Of a stretch of 64,000 nucleotides of DNA, positions 48,520-58,149 are shown in pieces. The notes below the pieces were generated by a model, which searched no databases, was not told where the DNA came from, and saw nothing but the letters and a program-made list of their open reading frames with translations. Position 1 is the stretch's first letter. Each line of letters begins with the position of its first letter. The stretch covers positions 1 to 64,000 of the forward strand of contig JAWODC010000009.1 of assembly GCA_046483495.1 (NCBI GenBank), given 5' to 3'. This DNA comes from Desulfobacterales bacterium (GTDB lineage: Bacteria; Desulfobacterota; Desulfobacteria; Desulfobacterales; UBA5616). Both the position numbers and the translations under genes were made by a program.

Positions 48520-48792
48520 ATGGAAGCACTACAATTTTTTATTGCCAGTGTAACGGCGGCAGGTTTCGGAATCGCCATCGCGGCATTTGGTTGCGGTATC
48601 GGCCAGGGTATAGGATTGAAGTCCGCTGTTGAAGGCATTGCCAGAAACCCGGAGTCCTCAGCCAAGGTGACGGTTACCATGCTCATCGGTCTTGCTATGA
48701 TCGAATCATTGTGTATTTATGCGCTGGTTGTTTCGTTGATTCTTATCTATGCGCATCCCCAGGCAGCCGCAATTGCAGGTCTGCTGGGGTAA
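48520..48792 (+). CDS. atpE: ATP synthase Fo subunit c
   Basis: GIGQG, ARNPE and IESLCIY; AAGGAGG RBS. Confidence 0.97.
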   Translation: MEALQFFIASVTAAGFGIAIAAFGCGIGQGIGLKSAVEGIARNPESSAKVTVTMLIGLAMIESLCIYALVVSLILIYAHPQAAAIAGLLG

Positions 48793-48822
48793 GATTGTCT
48801 CAACGGCCGCCTTTAAGTAACG

Positions 48823-48866
48823 ATAAGGCCGAACCGCCGATGTCGGGCGGTTCGGCCTTATTCTTT
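48823..48866 (+). terminator. Rho-independent terminator after atpE
   Basis: 16-bp perfect stem ATAAGGCCGAACCGCC/GGCGGTTCGGCCTTAT followed by TCTTT. Confidence 0.8.
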
Positions 48867-48934
48867 GGTTCATCAGGGTCATTGATATTCCTGACCAAGA
48901 CCCAATTTGCTCCAAACCCCTGCTGATTGAAGAA

Positions 48935-48990
48935 ACCGCGAAGAACACGAAGATTTAAGTTTTCTTCGTGCTCTTCGTGTTCGTGGTGAA
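48935..48990. repeat. CACGAAG/CTTCGTG hairpin (element A right module)
   Basis: ACCGCGAAGAACACGAAGA...TCTTCGTGCTCTTCGTGTTCGTGGTGAA, similar to 3088-3165. Confidence 0.85.
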
Positions 48991-48998
48991 CTTCAACG

Positions 48999-51827
48999 CT
49001 ATCGCGACAAGACTTTTTTCAGGAATTGACCGGTATAGGAACTCGGGTGACGGCTGATTTCTTCAGGCGTTCCGGTGCAGACGACATACCCCCCGCGGTC
49101 GCCGCCTTCCGGGCCCAGGTCGATGACATGGTCTGCGAATTTTATCACATCCAGGTTGTGTTCGATGACGATGACCGTATTCCCCGCATCAACGAAACGT
49201 GATAGAACATCGAGCAGCTTTTTGATGTCGTCGATGTGCAGCCCGGTGGTGGGCTCATCCAAGATGTATACGGTTTGGCCGGTTCCTTTTTTGCTCAATT
49301 CCCTGGCGAGTTTCACCCGTTGGGCTTCCCCCCCGGAAAGGGTGGTGGCGGGTTGCCCGAGGTGAATGTATCCCAATCCTACATCGATCAGTGTCTGCAG
49401 TTTTGTCCGGATATTGCCAAGGTTCTCGAAAAAGCGTGAGGCCTGGTTCACGGTCATGTCCAGCACGTCGGCAATGGTTTTGCCCTTATATTTTACTTCG
49501 AGCGACTCCCTGTTGTACCGTTTGCCTCGGCATACATCGCATGTCACATAAATGTCCGGCAGAAAGTGCATCTCTATTTTTATGACGCCGTCTCCTCCGC
49601 AGGCTTCACAACGGCCGCCCTTGACATTGAAGCTGAATCGTCCGGCCTTGTATCCACGCCTTCGGGCTTCGGGGGTTTTTGAAAAGAGTTCTCGTATAAA
49701 TGTAAATACGCCGGTATACGTTCCCGGATTGGAACGCGGGGTTCTGCCGATGGGGGATTGGTCAATATTGACAATGTGGTTGACATGTTCATAACCCAAA
49801 ATGTCCTGATGCGAACCTGACCGTATGCCCGCACCGTAGATTTTCTGCCGAAGGGCGTTATAAAGCGTTTCGATGACCAGACTGGATTTGCCCGAACCGG
49901 ATACACCCGTAATACATGTAAAACAGCCCAATGGAAATCCCACATCGATATGCTTCAGGTTATTCTGGGAGGCCTGAATGATCCTTAGTTCGCCGCGATT
50001 TTTCCGCCGCCGGCGTTCCGGAGTCCGGATGTATTTCCGGCCGGAAAGATACTGCCCGGTGAGCGAATCTTCCTCGTGGAGCAGGGCCTTCGGTGTGCCT
50101 GCAAAAACAATATGACCGCCGTTTATGCCGGCGCCGGGTCCCATATCAATGACATAATCCGAGGACAATATGGTGTCTTCATCATGTTCGACAACAAGGA
50201 CCGTGTTGTCCAGATCCCGCATTTTTTTGAGCGTTGCAAGAAGACGTTCATTATCCCGCTGGTGAAGGCCGATGCTGGGTTCGTCCAACACGTAGAGAAC
50301 CCCGGTAAGTTTTGAACCGATTTGGGTTGCCAGTCGAATTCGCTGGCTTTCCCCCCCGGAAAGGGTGTACGCGGGTCGGTCCATCGTGAGATACGACAAG
50401 CCGACGTTATGCAGAAAGCCGAATCGCTCGCGAACTTCCTTGAGAATGGGTGCGGCGATCTGCTGCTGCTTACCGGATAAAAGGGGCGCGGCAAAAAAAT
50501 CGATGCATTTTTCAATCGTCATGGCGGTGATTTCGGCGATCGTTTTGCCGCTGACGCGTACATGGCGGGCGGCACGGTTTAACCTGGCGCCGCCGCATTC
50601 GGGACACGTCCTGAAGTTCATGTAACTTCTGATTTCTTCACGGGCTGAAGGGGATTCCGTTTCGATATATTTGCGCTGGAGCTTGGGAATAATGCCCTCG
50701 AAGCTTTTCTGGTAGGTGAAGCGGCGGTTGTTGCGCTCGAAGGAAAACGTGATGTTTTCATTTCCGGATCCATACAACAGCGCTTTTTTGAATGCATCCG
50801 GCATCTCCTTGTACGGCGTGTGAATGTCGGCGCCGTAATGGGCGGTCAATGATTCGATGAATTCGTAAAAATGAACGGTGCCGCGATTCGACCATGGGGC
50901 TGCGGCCCCTTCCCTTAGCGTGAGATCGGGATTCGGGATGATCAGGTCGGAATCGATTTCCGTGATGGCGCTCATGCCGTCACATTTAGGGCAGGCACCC
51001 TGGGGAGAATTGAAAGAGAAGCTTGCCGGGGTCATTTCCGGATAAGCCGTTTGGCACAGGCTGCAAACGGCCTTTTCAGAAAATACCATGGGATCTTCCG
51101 AGGGCCGATCCGGAAGGTCGACGAGAACGATGCCGTCTGCGAGTGACATGGCCAATTCAAGCGAATCGGCCAAACGGTTTTTAACGGTCGATTTTACCAC
51201 AAGGCGGTCGATTACGATCTGGATTTCATGTGGACGGCTCTTGTTCATTTTTCCGGCATCTTCGATATCCATAATCTCACCGTCAATGCGAACCCGGGCG
51301 AACCCTTCTTTTTTCAACCGGTTCAACACGGCTTTGGAAGTATGATCCTTTTCTGCATTCAGAGGGGAAAGAATAAGAATACGGGTCCCCTCGGAGAGCG
51401 ACATGACCGTGTCTACAATCTGATCGATGGTCTGGGTCGTGATCGGTTTGTCACACACATGACAATAAAGCGTACCGATACGGGCGAACAGCAGTCTGAG
51501 GTAATCATAAATTTCGGTGACTGTTCCGACAGTCGATCTCGGGTTATGGGCGGCGGTCTTTTGTTCGATGGCGATAGCTGGGGAAAGCCCCTCAATGAGA
51601 TCGACGTCCGGCTTTTCCATTCTTTCTAAAAATTGACGCGCATACGTCGAAAGCGATTCGACATATCGACGTTGGCCCTCGGCATAAAGCGTATTAAATG
51701 CCAGTGTCGACTTGCCTGATCCGGATATGCCGGTCACGACAACGAGGCGGTTTTTTGGAATGTCTATGTCGATGTTCTTCAGATTGTGCTGTCTGGCCCC
51801 GCGAATGATAATGGAATTTTCCGACAT
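48999..51827 (-). CDS. uvrA: Excinuclease ABC subunit A
   Basis: GARQHNLK, two ABC domains, EGQRRYVESLS and zinc fingers. Confidence 0.98.
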   Translation of the reverse strand: MSENSIIIRGARQHNLKNIDIDIPKNRLVVVTGISGSGKSTLAFNTLYAEGQRRYVESLSTYARQFLERMEKPDVDLIEGLSPAIAIEQKTAAHNPRSTVGTVTEIYDYLRLLFARIGTLYCHVCDKPITTQTIDQIVDTVMSLSEGTRILILSPLNAEKDHTSKAVLNRLKKEGFARVRIDGEIMDIEDAGKMNKSRPHEIQIVIDRLVVKSTVKNRLADSLELAMSLADGIVLVDLPDRPSEDPMVFSEKAVCSLCQTAYPEMTPASFSFNSPQGACPKCDGMSAITEIDSDLIIPNPDLTLREGAAAPWSNRGTVHFYEFIESLTAHYGADIHTPYKEMPDAFKKALLYGSGNENITFSFERNNRRFTYQKSFEGIIPKLQRKYIETESPSAREEIRSYMNFRTCPECGGARLNRAARHVRVSGKTIAEITAMTIEKCIDFFAAPLLSGKQQQIAAPILKEVRERFGFLHNVGLSYLTMDRPAYTLSGGESQRIRLATQIGSKLTGVLYVLDEPSIGLHQRDNERLLATLKKMRDLDNTVLVVEHDEDTILSSDYVIDMGPGAGINGGHIVFAGTPKALLHEEDSLTGQYLSGRKYIRTPERRRRKNRGELRIIQASQNNLKHIDVGFPLGCFTCITGVSGSGKSSLVIETLYNALRQKIYGAGIRSGSHQDILGYEHVNHIVNIDQSPIGRTPRSNPGTYTGVFTFIRELFSKTPEARRRGYKAGRFSFNVKGGRCEACGGDGVIKIEMHFLPDIYVTCDVCRGKRYNRESLEVKYKGKTIADVLDMTVNQASRFFENLGNIRTKLQTLIDVGLGYIHLGQPATTLSGGEAQRVKLARELSKKGTGQTVYILDEPTTGLHIDDIKKLLDVLSRFVDAGNTVIVIEHNLDVIKFADHVIDLGPEGGDRGGYVVCTGTPEEISRHPSSYTGQFLKKVLSR

Positions 51828-52378
51828 ATCGATGATTGGAATGTTGATTCAGGGTTTGTTAAATGAAGTCCGGTTGAATTGCCATGCCGTAATATACAGG
51901 CCCCACGGCCGATGATCAAACGAATTTGTCCGTCAACGATTGGAATGCTCGACGTAAGATAAACGATGATTGAGAAGAAAGCTCAAAAAGGTGAGATATT
52001 GAGAGATAATCCAAGCTAAATCTATTTTAAAGGATAGCCGGTATCGGCAACGCCCCATCGGATCTGTTTAAATTACTTATAAAAAACCGGGATCGGAAAA
52101 ATACAGTTATTTAGAGCATTTGATGGAAGTAAAAGAAATAATTATAATAAATACAAATAGATAGAAATTGTTAATAACTTTTTTCAAATTTATGCCTAAA
52201 TCCAATTTATCCGGTTTGACTTTTTCATACCGCCATACTAAACATGCAGCCATCTTTGATTCAGCTTATCGAAAACCTGGAATAAACCTTCCATACGTAG
52301 TTTTTCATTAATTTTTTCGTATTGGTCTGCTGTTCTACTCATTGTCGTGTTGTATGTAAATGTGAGGATTTTTGCTCA

Positions 52379-53722
52379 ATGGAAAATGTATGGAATGACG
52401 CGAAAGAGGCGCTGAGGCAACGTATTCCGACGCACAGTTACCGGATGTGGATCGAACCGATTGTCTTCTCCGATGCAAAGAATGGCCGTTTCGTACTTTT
52501 CTGCCCCAATCAGTTTTCGAAAAAGCGGGTGATGGAACAATACGGTCATGCCATTGCATCTGAAATCAATCTAGCGGCGAATGCCTCTTGTGAAGTTGTA
52601 TTTGCAGTGACTCCCAAAAAAAATGGATCGCATAAAAGTGACTTTGTCGACAAGCAGATGCCGCTTCCGCATATCCATACATCGTCGTTTTCCGGCAGAC
52701 ACCTGAGAAATGATTTTACCTTTGACCAATTCGTGGTGGGTGACAGCAATGATTTCGCGTATTCCGCCGCTTTATCTTTAGCGGCAAAAAAAATAAGCCG
52801 GCAGCAGTCGCTTCTGTTGTTTTCAAAAACAGGTATGGGCAAAAGTCATCTGTCCCAGGCCGTGGGCCATTATATTATAGAGAAGTTTCCCAAAGAGCAT
52901 GTTTATTATATCACCGCAGAAGATTTTACCAATGAAGTGGTCCAATCTTTTCGAAGCAATTCCGTGGAGCAGTTTAAGAAAAAATACCGTAATGGTTGCG
53001 ATGTATTGCTGCTGGAAGATATCCATTATCTTAGTGGAAAAGAACGAACCCAGATGGAGCTTGCAATGACGCTGGAATTTCTTTTTTCAATGGACAAGAA
53101 AGTAATTTTTTCAAGCTCCCTCCCCCCTCATGAAATTCCAAAACTCGATGACAAATTGCGGTCTCACTTTTCCAGCGGTATCGTTTCCCATATCGAATCG
53201 CCATGCTACCGGACTCGTGTACGGATTCTGCAGAAAAAGGCCCAGGTAAACGGTTTCCATCATTTGCAGGGTGATATAATCGAATATCTGGCAAGCGAAT
53301 TGACGGAAGACATCCGCCAGCTGGAAAGCGGACTGATCGGAGTGGCGACAAAATCTTCCCTTATGGGTATACCGATCAATCTCAAACTTGCCGAGAGTGT
53401 CATTAAGAATATCGTGAAGACGAGGAAAAGCATCACGATCGATGTCATTAAAAAGCTGGTGTGCAAGCATTACGGCATTACCTTGGCCGATATCGTATCC
53501 CGCTCCCGCAAACAGTGCTTTACCCGCCCCCGGCAGATGGCCATTTACCTGTCGCGGAAGTATACGGACTCCCCGCTGCAAACCATCGGACGGCAATTCA
53601 ACCGATACCATGCAACAGCGCTTCATGCCATAAATTCGGTTGAACGTGGGGTTAAAAACAACACCGATGTCAAGAAGCAGGTTCTGCTGTTAAGCGAAAA
53701 ACTGGAAGCGGGGAAGTTTTGA
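52379..53722 (+). CDS. dnaA: DnaA-family replication initiator (divergent paralog, not in oriC context)
   Basis: Domain I W..WI.P; FTFDQFVVG.SN; G.GKSHL; T.EDF.NE; domain IV PRQMAIYL.R. Start trimmed to MENVW after a GAGGA RBS. Confidence 0.88.
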   Translation: MENVWNDAKEALRQRIPTHSYRMWIEPIVFSDAKNGRFVLFCPNQFSKKRVMEQYGHAIASEINLAANASCEVVFAVTPKKNGSHKSDFVDKQMPLPHIHTSSFSGRHLRNDFTFDQFVVGDSNDFAYSAALSLAAKKISRQQSLLLFSKTGMGKSHLSQAVGHYIIEKFPKEHVYYITAEDFTNEVVQSFRSNSVEQFKKKYRNGCDVLLLEDIHYLSGKERTQMELAMTLEFLFSMDKKVIFSSSLPPHEIPKLDDKLRSHFSSGIVSHIESPCYRTRVRILQKKAQVNGFHHLQGDIIEYLASELTEDIRQLESGLIGVATKSSLMGIPINLKLAESVIKNIVKTRKSITIDVIKKLVCKHYGITLADIVSRSRKQCFTRPRQMAIYLSRKYTDSPLQTIGRQFNRYHATALHAINSVERGVKNNTDVKKQVLLLSEKLEAGKF

Positions 53723-53794
53723 TCATATGTCGTCGACAAATCGTCTTCCGGTGGAGAAAACCGGGATGACCGGATCGTCACCCCTCTGGTATCC

Positions 53795-55180
53795 ATGCCG
53801 CTAGCCAATTCCGACTTTAAAAAAATTCAGCGCATTGTAGGCAAAGACTATTGCAGCCGCAAGAAAGAAGATCTTGTCTGCTACGGATATGATGCGACCG
53901 GACAAACATGCCTTCCTGAAGCCGTCGTATTCCCGGGATCGTCGCAAGAGATTTCAGAAATCTTTACAATTGCGGGGGCTGCTGATATACCGGTGACGCC
54001 CCGGGGCGCAGGGTCCGGATTGAGCGGTGGGGCCGTTTGTGTGAATGGCGGACTCGTATTGGTTATGACCCGGTTTAACAGAATGATTCACATTGACGGG
54101 GAGAACCTGACGGCAGACGTCGAACCCGGCGTTGTTGTCGGTCATTTCCATGCTGCGGTTGAAAAGAAGGGGTTGTTTTACCCGCCTGACCCGGCCAGTT
54201 CGGATTTTTCAACCCTGGGAGGCAATCTCGCTGAGTGCGCCGGGGGGCCGAGAGCCGTCAAGTACGGGGTGACCCGGGATTACGTGTTGGGCCTGGAAGC
54301 CGTCATTCCCACGGGAGAAATGATCAACACCGGCGTCAGAACAGCCAAAGGTGTGGTCGGATACGACCTGACCCGGCTTTTGGTGGGATCTGAGGGTACA
54401 CTGGCTGTAATTACCCGGATGACCCTTCGATTACTCCCGCTGCCGGAGTCGGTCCGAACGATGACGGCTGTATTCGATGACATGGAAACGGCGGCAGAGG
54501 CCGTTTCAGGAATCATTAAACACGGTATTCTTCCCAGGACGATCGAGTATATGGATCAGACGTCCATCCGATGTGTGAACACCTATATGCAATCCGAATT
54601 GCCTGTGGATGCCGGCGCACTGTTGCTGCTCGAGGTCGACGGGATGAAAAGTGATGTCGACGCCGCACTCGGACGATTGACTGTCGTGTGCCGAAACGCC
54701 GGCGCCGTGGAGACGCGGATTGCGGGAACCCGGACGGATGTTTCACGGCTGTGGGCGGCAAGGAAATCCATCAACCCGGCGCTCTTCCAGTATGCTCCCC
54801 ATAAAATCAATGAAGATATCGTGGTCCCCAGAAACAAAATACCGGACATGGTGAGAAAGATTATCGCCTTAAAGAACAAAACCGGTCTGACCATCGCCAG
54901 CTACGGGCATGCCGGAGATGGTAATATTCATGTGAACATCATGCTGGACAAGCGGGACGCAACTGCCCTGAAAAAGGCGGATGCCGCAATAGAAGAATTA
55001 TTTGATTACACCCTGGCGGTCGGGGGAAGCATTTCGGGCGAGCATGGTGTAGGGACGACGAAATCGGCGTTCATACACAAAGAAATCGGGCCCACGGAGC
55101 TGATGCTGATGAAACGCATTAAATCCGTGTTCGATCCCAAGGGAATTTTAAATCCGGGGAAAATGTTTCAGGGGCAGTGA
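53795..55180 (+). CDS. FAD-linked oxidase, GlcD/D-lactate dehydrogenase family
   Basis: PRGAGSG, YPPDP.S, KYGVTRDYV, GSEGTL, GHAGDGN.H, SGEHGVG and DP.GILNPGK. Confidence 0.92.
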   Translation: MPLANSDFKKIQRIVGKDYCSRKKEDLVCYGYDATGQTCLPEAVVFPGSSQEISEIFTIAGAADIPVTPRGAGSGLSGGAVCVNGGLVLVMTRFNRMIHIDGENLTADVEPGVVVGHFHAAVEKKGLFYPPDPASSDFSTLGGNLAECAGGPRAVKYGVTRDYVLGLEAVIPTGEMINTGVRTAKGVVGYDLTRLLVGSEGTLAVITRMTLRLLPLPESVRTMTAVFDDMETAAEAVSGIIKHGILPRTIEYMDQTSIRCVNTYMQSELPVDAGALLLLEVDGMKSDVDAALGRLTVVCRNAGAVETRIAGTRTDVSRLWAARKSINPALFQYAPHKINEDIVVPRNKIPDMVRKIIALKNKTGLTIASYGHAGDGNIHVNIMLDKRDATALKKADAAIEELFDYTLAVGGSISGEHGVGTTKSAFIHKEIGPTELMLMKRIKSVFDPKGILNPGKMFQGQ

Positions 55181-55249
55181 CCGGTGAACGGATTGCATGG
55201 AAAAGTGAACCGAACCCAGTAGCTGCACGCCATGCCCATCAAAAAAAGG

Positions 55250-55277
55250 TTGACATATACCCAAAAATCACTATGGT
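55250..55277 (+). promoter_or_regulatory. Putative sigma70 promoter directly abutting the suhB start
   Basis: TTGACA-16 bp-TATGGT, with the ATG 9 bp downstream. Confidence 0.55.
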
Positions 55278-55285
55278 TACCCCAA

Positions 55286-56062
55286 ATGAATTTGGATCTG
55301 GTGAAAGATATCGGCATTGATGCCGCCCGTAAAGGTGCTGATGTAACGCGTTCTTTTTTGGGAAAAACACGCATAGTGAAAAAGGGTGCTATCGATCTGG
55401 TTACCCAGGCGGATAAAGAGTCGGAACGAATAATTATCAACACGATCTTAAGCACGTTCCCCGATCATACCATTCTGGCGGAAGAAAGCGGCCGCCACGG
55501 CCATGAAGCGCCGTATCTCTGGATTATCGACCCTTTGGACGGTACAACGAATTTTGCACATGAAATACAGCATTATTCCGTTTCGATTGCATTTGCCGTA
55601 AATGGTGAGATTGCAGTCGGGATCGTGCTCAATCCCACATCCGACGAACTTTTTACCGCCGTTTCCGGCCAGGGCGCACACCTCAATGGCCGGACCATAA
55701 GCGTGTCGAGCGTGCGCGATGTCGGCAACAGCCTCCTGGTTACCGGCTTCCCCTATAATTTCAAAGCGATATTTTCCCAAGTCATCGGCCGGTTTTCGAA
55801 CTGTCTGAAAGCGGCCCAGGGAATTCGCCGATTCGGTTCGGCGGCCCTGGATTTATGCGATATCGCCTGCGGACGGTTCGATGGTTTCTGGGAGCAGAAT
55901 TTACATCCATGGGATACCGCAGCCGGGTGTTTGATTGCATCAGAAGCCGGGGCCCGCATCAGTGATTTTTCAAATAACCCGTTCGATATTTATGGAAACG
56001 AGATATTGGCCACCAACGGAAGCATACATCAAGAAATGATTTCGCTATTAAGGATCGAATAA
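55286..56062 (+). CDS. suhB: Inositol monophosphatase family protein
   Basis: DLVT.AD, AEE, WIIDPLDGTTNF, GSAALD and WD.AAG. Start trimmed to MNLDL. Confidence 0.92.
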   Translation: MNLDLVKDIGIDAARKGADVTRSFLGKTRIVKKGAIDLVTQADKESERIIINTILSTFPDHTILAEESGRHGHEAPYLWIIDPLDGTTNFAHEIQHYSVSIAFAVNGEIAVGIVLNPTSDELFTAVSGQGAHLNGRTISVSSVRDVGNSLLVTGFPYNFKAIFSQVIGRFSNCLKAAQGIRRFGSAALDLCDIACGRFDGFWEQNLHPWDTAAGCLIASEAGARISDFSNNPFDIYGNEILATNGSIHQEMISLLRIE

Positions 56063-56065
56063 CCG

Positions 56066-56272
56066 ATGAATACTTTTCAGAAAGAATTGAACCACGGAAT
56101 CTCCGCGGGAAACCACCTGGGGTGTTTCGGAAACTTCACGATGATTGACCCGATATGCAGAAAGCATTGTGCATTGAGACTCCGATGCGCGATCGAGTCG
56201 GATCACAAGGAGCAAATGGAAATATTGGAAGATTTGGCCTCATTTAGTGAGCTTAACCTGAAGGGCCACTAA
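56066..56272 (+). CDS. Small Cys-rich hypothetical protein
   Basis: Starts 3 bp after the suhB stop with AAGGA upstream; C-x10-C-x3-C-x5-C pattern. Confidence 0.6.
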   Translation: MNTFQKELNHGISAGNHLGCFGNFTMIDPICRKHCALRLRCAIESDHKEQMEILEDLASFSELNLKGH

Positions 56273-56468
56273 GCCGGAGAGGCTGACCCTCAACGATTAA
56301 CGACGCGTAAGTCCCGAAGAGGAAGAGATCTTCTTCGGGTTGCGGCTGTTTTGATTTGCGCGATGGGATCGTTTCGATCGTCAGGACCCTTCACAATGTA
56401 CCCAACGATCGAAGCGCGTAACGAGCTCTTCAACGTCCCTCATATACACCTATCTATCCCCCGCCTTT

Positions 56469-58118
56469 TTACTGTTCAAAACCCACTGCAAGCGCGGCTT
56501 CCCCAAGATAATCCTGAATTCTATCCACCAAAGGCTCGAGTGTGGATGCCTCGATTGCGGAAACGGGTACGCCGCCGATGCGTTCGCGGAGAAGTTCCAC
56601 CGTGGATGAATCGACCAGGTCCATTTTGTTCAGCACGGGGATGATATGGATGTCGTTTAAATTCAAATCATCGAGAATGCAGTTTACTGAAGTCATTTGT
56701 TCTTTGAACCGGGGATTGCTGATATCGATCACATGGAGCAGTAGGTCGGCGTTTTCAAGTTCTTCAAGGGTTGCACGAAACGCCACACGCAAATCTTCCG
56801 GAAGATCTTTGATGAATCCTACGGTATCCGTGATGATGACTTCCAGGTCCCGCGGAAAGCGCAGCCGCCGACTCGACGGATCGAGCGTGGCGAAAAGACG
56901 ATCTTCCGCCCGAATTCGGCTATCGGTCAAGGTGTTGAGAAGGGTTGACTTCCCGGCATTGGTGTATCCGATTATGGATATAATCGGCAGCTTCTTCTTT
57001 TTGCGCTTGGACCGCTGCATGCGCCGGTTCGACCGCACTTTTTCCAATGATTTTTCCAGATGGGTGATACGTTCGCGTGCCCGCCGGCGGTTGATTTCGA
57101 GTTTCGTTTCACCGGGCCCGCGTCCGCCGATGCCTCCAGTCAAGCGGGACATGGCGGTGTTTTTGGTCACCAGCCTGGGTAGCAGGTATTTCAATTGGGC
57201 CAGTTCCACCTGAAGTTTGCCCTCGCGGCTGCGGGCTTGCTGGGCGAATATGTCCAGGATCAGCTGGGTACGGTCGATCACTTTGATTTCGACCTGATCG
57301 GTAATGGAACGGATCTGCCCGGGGGATAATTCCTGGTCGAAAATCAGCATGGACGCCCCTTTTTGAAGGGCGAGAATGGTCAATTCTTTTATTTTCCCGG
57401 AGCCCAGGACAAATTTTGGGTCAGCCTTGCGCCGGTGTTGAATGACGGAACCCACCACCTTGATGCCGGAGGATTTCGCCAATTCTTTCAATTCATCCAT
57501 CGATGCCGCGGCTTCGGATTTCGGTGCTTCTGTGACACTGATCAGGAGGGCAAATTCCTTCCGCCTTCCACCCGGTTGAGCAGGGCGCGAAACGGCCAGT
57601 TCCGATTCCAGAGCACGGATGATGGCCATGCAGCCGATATTCAGGTCGGGTGTTCGAATGGGAGGAAGTACCTCGTAAGCGGTATTGTCGAAATTCGTCG
57701 GGATCACGTGGGCGATGTGCACCTTGTCGGGTTCACCGTTTGGGTTTACGGCGATGGCCGCCATCAGATCCAGGCGCAGCAAGGCAAGGTCGGTTAAGTC
57801 GTCCCGGCTCAATGCACCGTGGTCCGGATGCGTATGCACACATCGGAGTCCGGAAAGGCGGCCCGGTGCGCTTCGGTACTCGGGGGTTTCCGGAATAAAA
57901 ATGTCGTAGTAGCTGCCGATGATAACGTATTCGATTTTGCCGCGCCGATTGATGAGAAGCCCTACCTGCCGGTGAATTTCATGGGACAGAAGCGATATTT
58001 CTCGTGCTACTTCGGGTGTTACCGGGTACTCTGGAGGAATTCGTCGCCGGTAGAGGTTTTCCAATCGTTTTATTTGGCTTTTTTTAAGCCCTTTACGTGT
58101 TCCAAAAGGCTTTTTCAT
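56469..58118 (-). CDS. hflX: GTPase HflX with N-terminal extension
   Basis: ILDIFA, GPGETKLE, GYTNAGKSTL, LFATLDP, DTVGFI and NKMD. Start trimmed to MKKPF. Confidence 0.96.
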   Translation of the reverse strand: MKKPFGTRKGLKKSQIKRLENLYRRRIPPEYPVTPEVAREISLLSHEIHRQVGLLINRRGKIEYVIIGSYYDIFIPETPEYRSAPGRLSGLRCVHTHPDHGALSRDDLTDLALLRLDLMAAIAVNPNGEPDKVHIAHVIPTNFDNTAYEVLPPIRTPDLNIGCMAIIRALESELAVSRPAQPGGRRKEFALLISVTEAPKSEAAASMDELKELAKSSGIKVVGSVIQHRRKADPKFVLGSGKIKELTILALQKGASMLIFDQELSPGQIRSITDQVEIKVIDRTQLILDIFAQQARSREGKLQVELAQLKYLLPRLVTKNTAMSRLTGGIGGRGPGETKLEINRRRARERITHLEKSLEKVRSNRRMQRSKRKKKKLPIISIIGYTNAGKSTLLNTLTDSRIRAEDRLFATLDPSSRRLRFPRDLEVIITDTVGFIKDLPEDLRVAFRATLEELENADLLLHVIDISNPRFKEQMTSVNCILDDLNLNDIHIIPVLNKMDLVDSSTVELLRERIGGVPVSAIEASTLEPLVDRIQDYLGEAALAVGFEQ

Positions 58119-58149
58119 ATCCTTAACATAAGCATGATGAATACCAAAA

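Noticed and set aside
51828..52378. oriC upstream of dnaA
   Set aside because: The region is AT-rich, but I found no cluster of TTATCCACA boxes and there is no dnaN context.
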